64,000 bases of DNA from the human T2T-CHM13v2.0 reference genome, Homo sapiens: the NCBI RefSeq assembly GCF_009914755.1, contig NC_060925.1; one strand, written 5' to 3'. The position numbers and the translations under genes were made by a program. The notes under the pieces were generated by a model. It had not been told where the DNA came from. It made no database searches and saw only the letters and a list, made by a program, of their open reading frames with translations. Below are positions 1 to 13,107 of this stretch, in pieces; within the stretch, counting starts at the first letter, position 1; each line of letters starts with the position of its first letter.

Positions 1-704
1 AGTGTTAATAACACTCACATTGCTTGACTAATATGTGAATTAAAAGTAATATACATATGATAATAAAGAGACAGTATCACTGGAATGTCTAGTGGTAATT
101 ATCGATTTGGGTTGGTAAATCTAGATTTCCTCAGAGCGTAACATTCTGCTAGATACTTGAACTAAAATTTAGATAAACTGCTAATAGAGTGATAAGGGTG
201 TTTCGACTTTATTTTTAAGGGTTGAACACTTAGTTTTCTCAAAGCACAATAGTTATCTAAGTCAAAAATAATTCAAATCCTTTATTTACCCAGTTGTATT
301 TTTTTCATAAAACATTAAGATGATTAGTTAGTGGTACATGCCTACCAAAAAGAGGAGCTCAAGATTTCTTCATCCTTTTATTCTTTCTCTTTCGATGGGT
401 CAAATCAAAGCACAAGATACTAAGACTGAGTTTGTTTCTATACCTTCGGAATCGCCCACTCTCCCATTACAGCCTCTCGTGGGACTCATCACACTGGAGC
501 CTTAGTCTTCCAAGAAATGAGCACAAAATTAGGGCCTACTCAAATATGAAGGGGTACATCTCTGAGAAGGCCTAAGATTAATGGATTCATCTAGATCTGC
601 CCTAAATATCGAAAAAAAAAATGTTTTTTTCTTTACTTTAGTCTCCTTATACCTCTTTGTTCTGGTCTTTCATTCTAACCGAATCCTAATTTTTTGAGGG
701 CAAT

Positions 705-1170
705 GATTTGATTGAGCCCCTATTACCTAAAAGATACAGTTCTAGACTCTGGAATATAATGTTAAACAACAAGCTCAAACAACAAACAACAAACTTCCTG
801 TTTGCATAACTTGTATTCTAGTGGAGAACGTCGAAAATAAATAAATAAATAAATAGATGCATATCAGTTAAAGTGCTATTAAGAAAAACAACAATATTAC
901 ATCAGATGGTAGAACAAAAATAGTAGTAGAAATCATGGCTATAATTCTTTGAGGTCTTACTGTGTGCAAAATATTGTTTCTGATATACTATTGACAGAGA
1001 AGGTAAATATGTACACAGAAGATGGAAGGATAACAGTGTGCCTGGGGATAATGGGGATGTGGTACGGAGGGTTGAAATTATTCTGCACAAAATCCCCCAT
1101 GGAAGTAGGAGGATCTGGCATTAGCAGAAAAAGCATATAATAGAGGGCTAGATACATGGAATTTGAGGAT
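705..1170 (-). mobile_element. L2 (L2a-like) 3' fragment, highly diverged
   Basis: attgagcccctattac...gttctagactctggaatat...ttgtattctagtggag resembles the antisense L2 3' end; boundaries approximate. Confidence 0.55.
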
Positions 1171-1479
1171 TCAGATGTCCCCTCGTCAATTCATTGCAGG
1201 TCTCACTAGAAGCAAACTATAATTAATAAAAAGCTATCTCCACTTTTAACTAACTACTCAGAGCAATATATATTTTGATAAAATATTCTAGTGTATAGGT
1301 CACCTACTGTTTTTTTTTTCTCCTTGTATAATCAACACTATTTTTCTTGTTAGGCCTAGTAGAACATACTTTTCTAACTCACATAGAATATTCCCAATAT
1401 CATTATGGTGCTTAGAAATGGAAACAACTTTATGTCAAAGACCATTATAAAGAGTTTCAATTGCCCCTTTATTTGTTTT

Positions 1480-1660
1480 AATTTTTAATTCTTTATTTTT
1501 AATTTTTGTGAGTACATAGTAGGTGTATATATTTATGGGGTACATGAAATATTTGTATACAGGCATGCATTGCATAATAATCACATCAGGGTAAATGGGG
1601 TATCAATCATCTCAAGCATTTGTCCTTTGTGTTAAAAAAATCCAATTATATGCTTTTAAA
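1480..1660 (-). mobile_element. L1MA-type 3' end fragment
   Basis: T-rich tail then gtacatagtaggtgtatatatttatggggtacatg...aatcacatcagggtaaatggggtatc, the antisense L1MA 3' terminus. Confidence 0.8.
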
Positions 1661-2311
1661 TGATTGTTAATGAAAGAGGCTAAAACACTTTCAAAATGAG
1701 TGGACATGTAGGTACTAAAATATATTTTTTATTTGTTTTAGAAGACATTTTTAGACATTTTGTTCCAGAGAACAAAATCATAGATATATATGCTTTTACC
1801 CATCAACTCTATCACATTTTACAATTTTTCCATAATTACTTTGGAATTTTTTAAAGAATATAACACAGATTTAGTTGAAATCCTTTATATTCCCTTTCCA
1901 GATCTCATTTTTATCCTCCTAATGGAAAGAGAAGAGCCACCTGGATATGGTGTCTACTTTTCCTATGGATCTTTTAAACTCCTATTACATCAGTAGGCAC
2001 CAAAACGTAATATGTTGTATTGTTGGCAAGTTTGCTGCTTTATATAAAGAGTAGCCATCTGCAACTTAATCATTTTCATCCAACCTTACATTTGTTAAAG
2101 TTATCCAAACTAACACAGGCATATTTTGGCCATTTATTTTCATTTTTGGATATGCAGTAATATATTAATGTAAGATTTTAACTCATTATCCAGTTTATAG
2201 ACTTTTAAGTCATTCCAATTTTTCAATATTAAAAATAAGGTTACAAAAAACTATTTCCTACATAGTCTCATTGTGCGCAAATTCAATATTTTCTCTCTGG
2301 CAGAGACTATC

Positions 2312-2500
2312 CCCAGTGTGACAAATGGATTTCAGGTGTGTCAATATGGTCACACCCTCAGGCATCTGAGTAGCTGGTGGGAGAGGGGAACAAGGCCCAG
2401 ACCTGTTGCCTCTTTGGACACCCTGATTTATTTACCCCAGTGGGTCTTCAAATATTATCATTTTTCTGATTTTTTAAAAGAAAGTATTTGGGAAACACCC
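2312..2500. mobile_element. Probable hAT-Charlie MITE (MER102-like)
   Basis: Starts cagtgtgacaaat and ends tttgggaaacac, hAT-type termini; interrupts the L1 fragment. Confidence 0.35.
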
Positions 2501-2538
2501 CCTTTATTTAACTAAAAGTAGAATCTCTAGTGATTTGG

Positions 2539-3114
2539 TGTGCAGAGAAGAGTTAACATAAAAAGCTTGAATGTCATCCTTTTAAATAGGGCCACAAGGT
2601 CCTATTGCTTACAAGGCTGGCCCTTAGCTGGCACCTGGAAACATGGATTTCAAGAGAGTGGCATCATCCCTAGGACTTATAAAGATGTCTCACTGTGCCT
2701 GAACCGTTTGTGCAAACAAGAGTTATACTTAATACCTGCTTTCCTTCTGGCAGTCTAGAATTTTAGTACATGCTAAGCAGAGTGCCTATGAGACTATCCC
2801 TTAATAAAAACGCTGGGAACTGAGTCTGTAACAATCTTTCTCGGGAGGCAATAACATTTCACATAAGTTGTCATAATTCCTTGTTGAGGGAAATAAGCAC
2901 ATCCTGTGTAAAGGCATGGGAAGGAGACTCTGAGAGCTTGTGCTTGGTTTCCTCAGGACTTTGACTTTCCTCCATGTGCCTTTTTCCTTTGTGATTTTGC
3001 TTGGTCTCTTTTTTGCTGTAACCAACCATATCTCTGAATATGATTCAATGCTGAGTCTTGAGAGTTTTCCTATAGGATCATCAAACCTGGAAGTGGTCTT
3101 GGGGACCTGACACA
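2539..3114 (+). mobile_element. MER68 solo LTR (ERVL)
   Basis: TG...CA ends; tgtgcagagaagagttaacata start, aataaa, and gtggtcttggggacctgacaca end match the MER68 consensus. Confidence 0.85.
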
Positions 3115-4320
3115 TGGAGTATTGCACAAGCTTTACTAGAATAATTTCAGGATTTTGAAATTGTAAACTAAGTCAACACTTTTCTTGCAACCCAGAACAT
3201 TCGAATATGGACCTGGAACCCAGAGATTTTAGCTAGAGTCCCCTGAAAAGAGGAGGCTTCCTCCTGGTGGGTGACACTGTGAATTAGCAGGCACCTGGAT
3301 AAATTAGAGGACCTCTGGGCTCACAAGCCATCACTTCTGACATCCTTTGGTTTTCCAAGCATTCCCAGTGATTCATTTGTCTGTTCGCTTGTTTAGCGTC
3401 CAGTCATATTTTTTTCCTACCTCACACATTTTTTGTACCTGAATTCCAAGCTGTGGTCCAATTCTATGGCACCTCACCCCTCCAGTACAATTATTAATCA
3501 GTAATTTACTTATAATTACTTCTATATTTCTAGCCTCAACCAGCACCTTAAAGATTGATTCTGTCTTTTAAATTTGTGTTTAAAATAACAAATATTTTTG
3601 TCTCATTAGTCTGAAAATCTTGACAACTTTAGCTATTTTCCTCTTCACATTTCATCCATGTTCTATTCATAGCACCTAGTGAGCTGAAGAGAGAGAAAGA
3701 GAGAGAGAGTTCAGAGCTAAGTATGTGCCACAGAATATCTCAAGCCAATGTCTTCATCTAGCAAGAGAACTTAAATAAATTATTTATACAGTTAAATTTC
3801 CACTCTTATTAAAACAATTACTGCTGAATATGTAAGAGGCTATATTTGGAATAAGGTTATTAATAAATCCACCTGTTCGAATTTCACTGGTGCTATTCAC
3901 TCCAAGAAATGTTTTTCCAATACTTTGATACAAAAATATTTAGTTAAAGAAGTTTATTTTATTTAAAATAATTTAAAATTTCAGAAATAAAAAGGTAAAT
4001 AGAAGAACAATTTTTTAAATTATTTGTTATTTTTCTGGCTAAAAAAATTTAGTCATTTTTTAAATTTTGCTCTCTGTGAAACACTCTAGGCCACATTTTT
4101 AAAGTGATGTGTCATCACTTCTAAGAGTAAATTCAGCAATTTTGGTAGCTTCTTTAGTTGTTTCTCTGTACACAAATGCACTTAGCAAGTAACATTCTCT
4201 GCGAAGTCTTATTTTTTCAAATAGAGTATAAATTCCTGAAAGATAAGGAGACATGATACAAGGAACTAATAATTTGTCATATGGATGCCTGATGTAGAGA
4301 TGGGTACATAGTAGTTACAC

Positions 4321-4323
<3 letters not shown>

Positions 4324-4357
<34 letters not shown>
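4324..4357. repeat. (AC)17 microsatellite
   Basis: Direct reading. Confidence 0.97.
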
Positions 4358-4358
<1 letters not shown>

Positions 4359-5897
4359 ACCTCTAAATAAATTGGAGAATTACTACTGACGAAAAAATAG
4401 AAAGTAAATGTTTGTTGTTTATTTGTTTCAAAGTACACAGATGCATTACCAAGGGAAAGATATTTCATTATGACTCTTCTTTTTCTAAATTTTTGGACAA
4501 AATTCTTCCCTATCATCTTATTTCTGGAGCCTGAGAAACTCAGTAGGATGCTATGGCTTCCAGACTTATAAAAACGATGATGTCTCTCTCTTTAGAAGTG
4601 ATTTTTCAAAGTGTTCTGATCCAATTTCACTTTCAGGCTTTGCTAGCTGCGGTCCATCCCTCTTCTATTTACTGCACAGCATCCACTTAGGTGCCCTGCA
4701 GTAATTGTTAATGTAACTGCTATTGAAAGAATTGTGTTGCCCGGGGATAGAGCACATGTTGACTGCATTAGAACTCACTTAAAAGTCAAGTGTCTGGATG
4801 TCAAAACCAGTTCAAACCTTAGGGACCTGACACGTAGATATCAATTCATTGCCATTATAACAAAAAAGAAATGCTTCAAGCAGAGTCAAAGAAAATTCTG
4901 AATAGTCCCACGAAAGAAAATATTACACAGAAAAGATAAGTAAATAGGTAGAACTTTTTATAATGATACTTTACTAAATAGAGGTAAAAAGGGAATGAGA
5001 ACTCTGATGTATTTTTTGAAAATAGGATGAGATATAGAATAAAAATAGATTTGTTTTAGTGGTGTGAATGGTGAATTAAACTCTTATAAACTTTGGCTAA
5101 AACCATCAATATAGTGAGAGTCAATAAATCCTTTAGTTTCAGACAAAAAGAGTTACAGAGAATATCTAGTTTCGGAGTCTTGAAATTTATTAAATATGAA
5201 AGTATTTTTAACATCGAGCAAAAAAAGTTGTACTTTCAGTTTCTCTTGATTTAGAAAACACGCAAGGATTGAGAAAAAGCTTGTACAAATTTAATAGTGT
5301 CATTATATTAATACAAGTATGTTCAAGATATTTTCTCTATTCGGTATACAACCAATTCTTGTGGGTACATATGGAATCACTGACCACTTTAAATTGTACC
5401 ATTTCTTTTATTTTCCTCACCCCTACACATTTTGTGATAGAACCTATGATTAGAAGGAAAAAAATATGAAATTCAGAAAACAAATGAAATAAATATATAG
5501 GAACATAGATGTTTTTATTGGCAAAGCCCAGAGCTCAACATCAGGTTTCCTGATTTCTACGACTGTGCTTCCTGAAGCCTAGCGCTGTTTCTCCTAAGGA
5601 TCATTGCGGTGTGAGCAGAAAGCAATGGATAAACCTCAGCCTAGATGGCATTTCAAGACAAGGAAAATGCTATTATTAAAATCGAGGTCAATTTTATCTG
5701 AACTTTTGCTTTCTAGTCTTGGTGACGGGGTTCTTTCCAGAATGGTAAGGAATGGGTGCACAAACAGCGGGAGTAGAGGAGAGGAAAACACCTGTCATCC
5801 TCTCCTGTCAATTATCCTTTGTTTATTGTATCTGCTCTGGCTCATCCACTTCTACTCAGTATTGGTTATGAGTGCAGTAGCTAAGAAGGGAACGATC

Positions 5898-6189
5898 TTT
5901 TTTTTTTTTTTTTCAGACAGAGTCTCGCTCTGTCGCCCAGGCTGGAGTGCAGTGGCACAGTGGCACGATCTCGGCTCACTGCAAGCTCCGCCTCCCGTGT
6001 TCACGCCATTCTCCTGCCTCAGCCTCCCGAGTAGCTGGGACTACAGGCGCCCGCCACCACGCCAGACTAATTTTTTTGTATTTTTAATAGAGACGGGGTT
6101 TCACCGTGTTGGCCAGGATGGTCTTGTGATCCACCCGCCTCGGCCTCCCAAAGTGCTGGTATTACAGGTGTAAGCCACCGCGCCTGGCC
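5898..6189 (-). mobile_element. AluY with an 8-bp internal duplication and a ~14-bp deletion
   Basis: AluY diagnostics (gcaagctccgcc, ttcacgccattc); cagtggca duplicated; TSD gggaacgatctt / gggaatggtctt. Confidence 0.95.
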
Positions 6190-6199
6190 GGGAATGGTC

Positions 6200-6540
6200 T
6201 TCTTATTAAGCTCTTCAACAATGCCATCATGTCCTTTGCACTCAGTGGTAACTTTCTGAAATAAGATTGACAATTTTGTATAGATGGTTGCTATTTCACT
6301 CTCAGTAAGAAAAACCATCAGATTGGAAAGCAGTTGATACATAATTTTATTCAGTTTTCTGACTAAGCGGGGGTTGACTTGTGGACAAAGACAGCCACAA
6401 ATGACAGTAAGTGTGGCTCAACTAAATTTGAGCTACAAATGACAGGTTTCCACTTATATAAAGGCTGAACAGCCCAAGGGCAGACTGTAATTTTAGAGAG
6501 GTTGAAATGAGTATGGGGGGTGAATGATGAAAATAAAACC
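6200..6540 (+). repeat. Copy 1 of a diverged local direct duplication (partner 7455-7810)
   Basis: Colinear shared blocks gtaagaaaaaccatcaga, ttttattcagttttct, tggacaaagac, gccacaaatgaca, aaaggctga. Confidence 0.9.
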
Positions 6541-6789
6541 TATATTCCAAATAGAGAAAAAAGAGGAGCTCTATCTGTAAATAGCAGAGTAAATGTGCAA
6601 ATAATATAGTAAGAAAGGAGAAGGTGAGATGGAGCTGATATAGACAAACACTTTTTATTTGGGGAATTGGTGTTGTCAAAGAGGTGTGTGTGTGTGTGCG
6701 CCCGCACGCATGAGCATGCAATATAAGAGGTTTGTTGAGGTTAAGAACAGAAAGAACAGAGCAAGGTAACTGATTTTTATGATTTTGTG

Positions 6790-7060
6790 GCAAGGACAAA
6801 AACCAAACACCACATGTTCTCACTCATAGGTGGGAACTGAACAATGAGAACACGTGGACACAGGAAGGGGAACATCACACACCAGGGCCTGTTGTGGAGT
6901 GGGGGGAGCGGGGAGGGATAGCATTAGGAGACATACCTAATGTTGAATGAAGAGTTAATGGGTGCAGCACACCAACATGGCACATGTATACATATGTAAC
7001 AAACCTGCACGTTGTGCACATGTACCCTAAAACTTAAAGTACAATAAAAAAATAAAAAAG
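6790..7060 (+). mobile_element. 5'-truncated L1PA (PA3/PA4-like) 3' end
   Basis: End of ORF2, 3' UTR G-tract, taccctaaaacttaaagt and A tail; no clear TSD. Confidence 0.95.
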
Positions 7061-7454
7061 AAGCCTCTGATTATGAAAGAGGAAATTCTACACAGAATCA
7101 TTTTAATAGAGTTTAGAATATATTAATTACCTAAAGCCTTAATTTCACCATGATAAATACTAAGAGTATTTCACTCAAAGAAGTTAAATGAACTTTAGCA
7201 AGTGATCAGCTATTCATTTGTATTAGAACTTTTAATATGCACTTGATAAATCATAACAGCACTAAAAACAGGAAATAAGAATAAAAATATGGAAAGAAAG
7301 AATGTATAAACCTTTCTCTTATTAACTCTAAGGATCATATTGCCAGTTAGTACAGAACTGTGTAACAATCATTCACAACAATCCTTCTCTGACCCCTCCT
7401 TGCCCATCAAGAACTGATTTGCTTATTAGGTCAGGTAAAAATTTGCAGAAATGT

Positions 7455-7810
7455 CACATACTAAGGGTCTTTCAGCAATGCTATATATTATCATGCCCCT
7501 TACAGCCAGTGGTAAGTTTTAAAAGTGAGGTCTGCAATTTTGTACTTTGAGTTTGCTATTCCAATCTCCGTAAGAAAAACCATCAGACTCGAAAGCAAGT
7601 GATATACTATTTTTTATTCAGTTTTCTTACTAAGGAGAGATGGATTTATGGACAAAGACTGCCACAAATGACAATGGGTGTGGAGTAGCTAAATGAGAGC
7701 TATACATGATAGCTATCCACTAATATTTAAAGGCTGACTATCCCAGAGGCAGAGAATAATTTTAGCCAAGTTGAAGTAAGTATGAGAAGGAAAAAAAAGA
7801 TTAAAAACGA
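7455..7810 (+). repeat. Copy 2 of the diverged local direct duplication
   Basis: Aligns colinearly with 6200-6540 at roughly 70-75% identity by eye. Confidence 0.9.
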
Positions 7811-7872
7811 AAACATCATAACCTAACTAACTGGAAATGTTGCTATGAATGAGATTGCAAGGAAGAAAAAGT

Positions 7873-7970
7873 GATATATGTATGTGTGTGTATACATATA
7901 TATGTCTATTCATATCTGTGTGTAAATATATATGTCTGTGTATCTATATATACATATATATGTATATATA
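7873..7970. repeat. (TA)/(TG) compound microsatellite
   Basis: Direct reading. Confidence 0.9.
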
Positions 7971-8479
7971 ATTTTTAAGTTTAAATAAGGTGGTCTAGCT
8001 CTTTGAAATAGAGCATCAATCTCTAATGATACTACCTGGAAAGATGCTAAAGAATGATATGACCTAGTATGTAAATTACTTCTGAAATGAGAACTTGCTT
8101 CTGGGACTGCTGGCTGTTAGTGGCTTGTAATTTATTAAACCTTAACAAATAGAATTTTAATATAGTTTGGAAAATAAATGAGAGTTTTAAATTTATTTAC
8201 AAGCAAAAAGCTTGTCATTTGCAATTGGCAAAATCAAAAACCAAAATTAGAAGTTTTTGAAAAATATTCGCAGTAAAAACCTATACAACAATGCCACTAA
8301 TATATAAAATAACTGACTTTTATGTTTATCATCTGTTTTTCTCCACTGTTTCCTCACCTCTTATAATAATTTTCTACAAGCCTTAGGTCTCACCAATCTC
8401 AATTTTTCTTTGAGGTTTAGACTGTATGAATCTCTGACAAAAATAATACCTAAAGATTTTGCCATTCCTGTCTTTCTAT

Positions 8480-9070
8480 CATTTTACTTATATTTCTGTT
8501 GAAATATAACCTGTGGAAAAATGTGATGGTAAAGTTCCTTAGTCTTTATATCAATGAAAATAACTTTATTTTGGCTATATACTTAAATGATATTTTATTT
8601 GGTATAAAAATCAAAGTTGAGATTTGTTTTGTCAGAGCAATGAATATTTTACTTTATTATCTTCTATAATGTCCTTTTTACTGAAAGAGAATTTTGATTT
8701 TTTTTGGCCAAAGAGTGATTTATGTATAGACAATCTATTTGATCTCTGACAGATTTACATGATTTTTTTTATCCTCGCTGTTCTGTAGTTTCAGTGTACC
8801 ATCATTCTCTTTAAACTGTGATTGCAATGTTGATCTAAAGGTATATGATTTCAAATTTCAGCAACTCTATCTTCAGTATTATTTCTTTCCTTTCTGACAA
8901 GCTTCTTCTTTTGGAACTTCATATAAGAGATGAGATCAAGTTTCAGATTGATCTTCCAGGTATCATCACTGCTATTTGCTTTCAGTTATCTGAAATTACT
9001 TGATTTCATATTATTTTCAATTTCATTGTGTTTCTCTTCAAATGAATTCTATCTTAGAGATTATAACTTA
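8480..9070 (-). mobile_element. Ancient L1 ORF1-region fragment
   Basis: Degenerate antisense motifs such as gaaaataactttatttt...ttaaatgatattttatttggtataaaaatc. Confidence 0.45.
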
Positions 9071-10272
9071 CATTAAAGTTTTTTTAATTAACAAAAATCT
9101 ATAGTTTACATTAGGGTTCACTCTTTATGTTGTACATTTTATAGATTTTGATAAATACATAATTACATGTATCAATTATTACAGTATCAAACAAAATAAT
9201 AGCTTCCTTGCCCTAAAAATTCTCCATGCTTTGCCTATTCATTCCTCCCTCCCATTTAACCTCTGGCAAACACCAATCTTTTTACTCTTTCCCTAGTTCA
9301 AACTTTTAAAGAATGTCATTTGGTTGCAATCAATAGTGCATAGGCTTTTCAGATTGGCTTTTTAAAAAAAGCAATGTGTGTTTAAAGTTTTTTCGTGCCT
9401 TTGTGTGGCCTGATAGCTCATTCTTTTATTCACTGAACAATATTCCATTGTGTGGATGTATCAATGCTTATTTATTTATTCTTTCATCTTTTGAAGAACA
9501 CTTTGGCTGCTTCCAAATTTGTGCAATTATCAATAAAAATGCTATAAACATTTCCATGCAGGTTTTGTGTGAACATAAGTTTTAATTCATCTGGATAAGT
9601 ACTAAGGAGCACAACTGCTGAATTGTATGGTGAAGGTATGCTTAATTTTATAAGCAACTATCAACTGTCTTCCAAATGACTGTATAATTTTGCATTCCCA
9701 CCAGCAATAAATGAGAATTCCTATTGCTTTACATTCTTGTCAACATTTCATATTGTCAACGTTCTTGCACTTTGGCCATTCTAATAAGTATATAATAGTA
9801 TCTTATGGGTTATTTTAATTTGCAATTCCTTAAGTAATGTGTGATGTTGAGCAATTTTTAATATGCTTACTGCCATCTTTATATTTTCTTTGGTGAAGTA
9901 TCTATTCAGATATTTGGCCTATGCTTCAATTGGATTATTTGGTTTTTTATTGTTCAGTTCTAAGGGCTTTTTGGATATTTTGAATTATAGTCCATTATGA
10001 GAGCTGTGTTTTGTGAAGATTTTTTCTCAATTTTAGCTTTATCTTGGTTTTTCATTCTTCTACAGTGTTTTTTGCAGAGAAAGTTTTAATTTTAATGAAG
10101 TTCAACTTACAGATTTTTTTCTTTCATGGATTGTGATTGTGCTGCTGTACCTAAAATGTCAGTAACAAACCCAAAGTCACCAGGTTTTCTATGTTATTTG
10201 CTAGAAGTTTTATAGTTTTGCATTTTACTCTCAGGTTTATGATCCACTTTGAGTTAACTTTTGTGAAGCATG

Positions 10273-12560
10273 TGCCTTAGTCTTCCATTGGTTATAACAG
10301 AATACCTGAAACTTGGTATTTTATAAAGAAAAAACAATTTATTTCTCACAGTTATAGAGGCTGAGAAGTGCAAGGTTGACGAGCTGCATCTGATAAGGTC
10401 CTTCTTGCTGCTGGGGACTCCCTGCAGAATCCTGAGGTTGCACACGGGATCATATGGAGAGGGGACTGAGCAAGGTGTCTTTTCTTCTTCTTCTAAAGTC
10501 ACCAGTCCAACTCCTTCTTAAAGGACCCATCTCTCAACACTGCCACATTGGAGTTTCAGTTTCAACTTGAATTTCAGAAAGACAAACATTCAAACCATAG
10601 CCTTCCTCCCATGACTCCCCTAAAGTCATGTCCTTCTCAAGTATAAATACATTCATTTCATCCCCATAGCCACAAAGTCTTAACTTGCTCCAGCACCTAC
10701 TCCAAATTCTAATGTTCAAAAGCTCATGTGTAAGCTGTGAAATCAAAACAAATTATCTGCTTTCAACATGCAATAGCGGTACAGGCATAAGATAGACATT
10801 TCAATTCCATAAGGGAGGAACAGGCCCAAAGCAAGCAAACTCAGCAGTATAGACTTAAATTTTGAAGCTGGACAATAATCCATCTTACCAGGGGCCAACT
10901 CCTGGATACACTGGAGTGGAGGTTATACTCCCAACGCCTCAGAGAAACCCACCCCTGTGGTTTTGCTGGATGCAGCCCATGTGGCTGCTCTTGCTGGTTA
11001 GAGTTCTGAAGCTTTTTCAGGTGAGCATTGCATGTTGACAGTGACTCCACAGTTCTGGAGACCTAATGGTGGTCCTGCTACCAAGTCTTTGCTAGGCATT
11101 GCCCTAGTTGGGGCCCTCTGCAGCAGCTCCGTCTCATTTTTACATTCTGCATTGCTCTAGTGGCAGCTCCCTGTAGTGGCTCCTCCTCAAAGACATGTCT
11201 CTGTTTGGATCCCAAGGCCTTCTGGGACGTCTTTTGAAATCTGGATGGAGGCTGCTAAGAATTCGTAAGGCCCTTGGAACAACCAAGAAACCCTATGTTG
11301 GAATTTGGGGAAAAGAGACCTAAGTGAGTAGTGGTCAGCAAGCCTGTGGAGGGCTCAGGCCCATCTCTCAAAATCATTCTGGCTTCATAGGCCTCTGTAC
11401 TTCAATAGGAGGAACAGCCTAGAAGATCTGCAAAATACCTTTAAGATCTCCCTTCCATTGTCTCTAGGAATATCACCTGGCTTCCTTCAATCCATATGAA
11501 CATCTTTGGCAAACAGTATCTAAGCTACAGCCTTGGTTTTCCTTCCTGAACCTGCTTTTTCATTCTTTACATTACCAAGCTGAGAGTTTTTGCTATCTTT
11601 CCAAATTGCTTCTTTTGATTATGAATGGAATTGTCAAGTTATTTTATCCCTCTCATGGGTTAATGTGAGCAGTTAAAAGTTAAAAATGCAGCAGCTTGAT
11701 TACTTTCCTGCTTGGATGTTTTTTCCACTTGATACCCTATTTCGTCACTCTCAAGTTTGGACTTCAATGAAACCCTCAGGCATGAACACAGTTCAGCTAG
11801 GTTTTTTGCCAATTTACAATGATGGCCTTTACTTAAGCTTCCAAAACTTGATCCTCGGATCTTGTCTGATTGGCCTTCACTGTCCACATTTCCACCATCA
11901 TTCTGATCACAACTAACTCCTTAGAGTTAAACAATCTCTAAAGAGTTCCAAACTTTCCCTAGTCTTCTTGTCCTCAGAGCCCTTACCAAAATTTTTCTTA
12001 ATGCTGAATTCACCAAAATGCAGGATTTTTACAGCCTACTCCTCCAAATTCTTCCAGCCTCTGCCCATTGCCCAGTTCCAAAGCTGCTTCTATATTTTCA
12101 ACAACCCAACTCATTGCACAAATTTTCTATCTTAATCTGTTTTCTGGTGCTTATAACAGAATACTTAAAACTTAATATTTATATGCTTAAATTCATTTTT
12201 AAAAATGTATCAGTTTTTTATAGTTTTGGAGGTTGAGAAGTCAAGGGGACACATCTGGTGAGAGACTTCTTGCTGATTGGAACTCTCTGTAGAGTCCTGA
12301 GGTTGTTTAGGGTATCATATGGTAAGGGGGCTGAGTATACTAGCTCAGGTCTTTCTTTTCCTTTCTACAAAGCCACCAGTCCCACTCTATTGGTAACCCA
12401 TTAATCTATTTTCCATTAACCTATGAATGTATTAAATCCATTCATGAGGGCAGAACCCTCATGACCCAATCACCTCTTAAAGGCCCTACCTCTAAATTTT
12501 ACCACATTTTAATTAAGTTTCAACATGAATTTCTAAGAAGCAAACATTCAAATCACAACA
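10273..12560 (-). mobile_element. Complete MST (MSTC/D-type MaLR) provirus: 3' LTR 10273-10601, internal region, 5' LTR 12128-12560
   Basis: Two homologous LTRs (ttataacagaatac...caaacattcaaa) flanking ~1.5 kb of MST-internal sequence; the left LTR has a ~100 bp deletion. Confidence 0.85.
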
Positions 12561-12686
12561 GAGTATAAGATATGTCTACATTATTTTTAATTGAATACAC
12601 GTGGATGTCCAATTGTTCTAGAATGATTTGTTGAATCCTTTGTCTATTTAAATATATTTGCTTCTGCATCACAGATCAGTTTACCG

Positions 12687-13107
12687 TTTTTAGGCCATTT
12701 TTGTGACACAGAAAAGAAATATCTGAGGCTGGGTAGTTTCCAAAGAGAAGAGGTTATATTGGCTCACAGTTCAGCAGGCTGTATCACCATGGCACCAACG
12801 TCTTCTGGGCTTCTGGTAAGAGTCTCACTAAGCTTTCATTCACGGCAGAAGGCAAAGACAGAAGCCAGCACATTACCTGGCGAGATAGAGCAAGAGAGTA
12901 AGTGGGGAGGTGTCATACACTTTTAAACAACCAGATATCATGTAAACTAACTGAATAAGATCTCACTTATCACCCAGGGGATGGTGCTAAACCACTCATT
13001 AGGGATCCACTCCATTATTCAATCATCTCCTACCATGCCCCACATTCAACACTGGAAGTTACACTTCAACATCAGATTTGAAGGAGACAAATATCCAAAC
13101 TATATCA
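12687..13107 (-). mobile_element. MSTB-type solo LTR
   Basis: ttaggccattt...ggctcacagttc...aggggatggtgctaaacc...acaaatatccaaactatatca. Confidence 0.85.

Larger units (their letters stand above)
1760..3190 (-). mobile_element. Ancient L1 (L1ME-like) 3' fragment, interrupted by a probable hAT MITE and a MER68 LTR
   Basis: Degenerate antisense L1 3' motifs (cattccaatttttcaatattaaaaataagg; aaaagtagaat) resuming after the inserts. Confidence 0.45.

Noticed and set aside
5604-6173. 189-aa ORF
   Set aside because: The second half is antisense AluY translation and the first half has no recognisable domain; non-ATG start.
6285-6345. Hammerhead-like CTGATG...GAAA spacing on the minus strand
   Set aside because: Core A9 is G, stems I and III are very weak, and the second copy has GGAA instead of GAAA.
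6355-6442. Chemokine exon-3-like peptide FLTKRGLTC...PQMT after an acceptor-like ttttattcag
   Set aside because: Short similarity only; differences from the second copy are mostly non-synonymous, the Cys is lost there, all frames close quickly and no upstream chemokine exons are visible.
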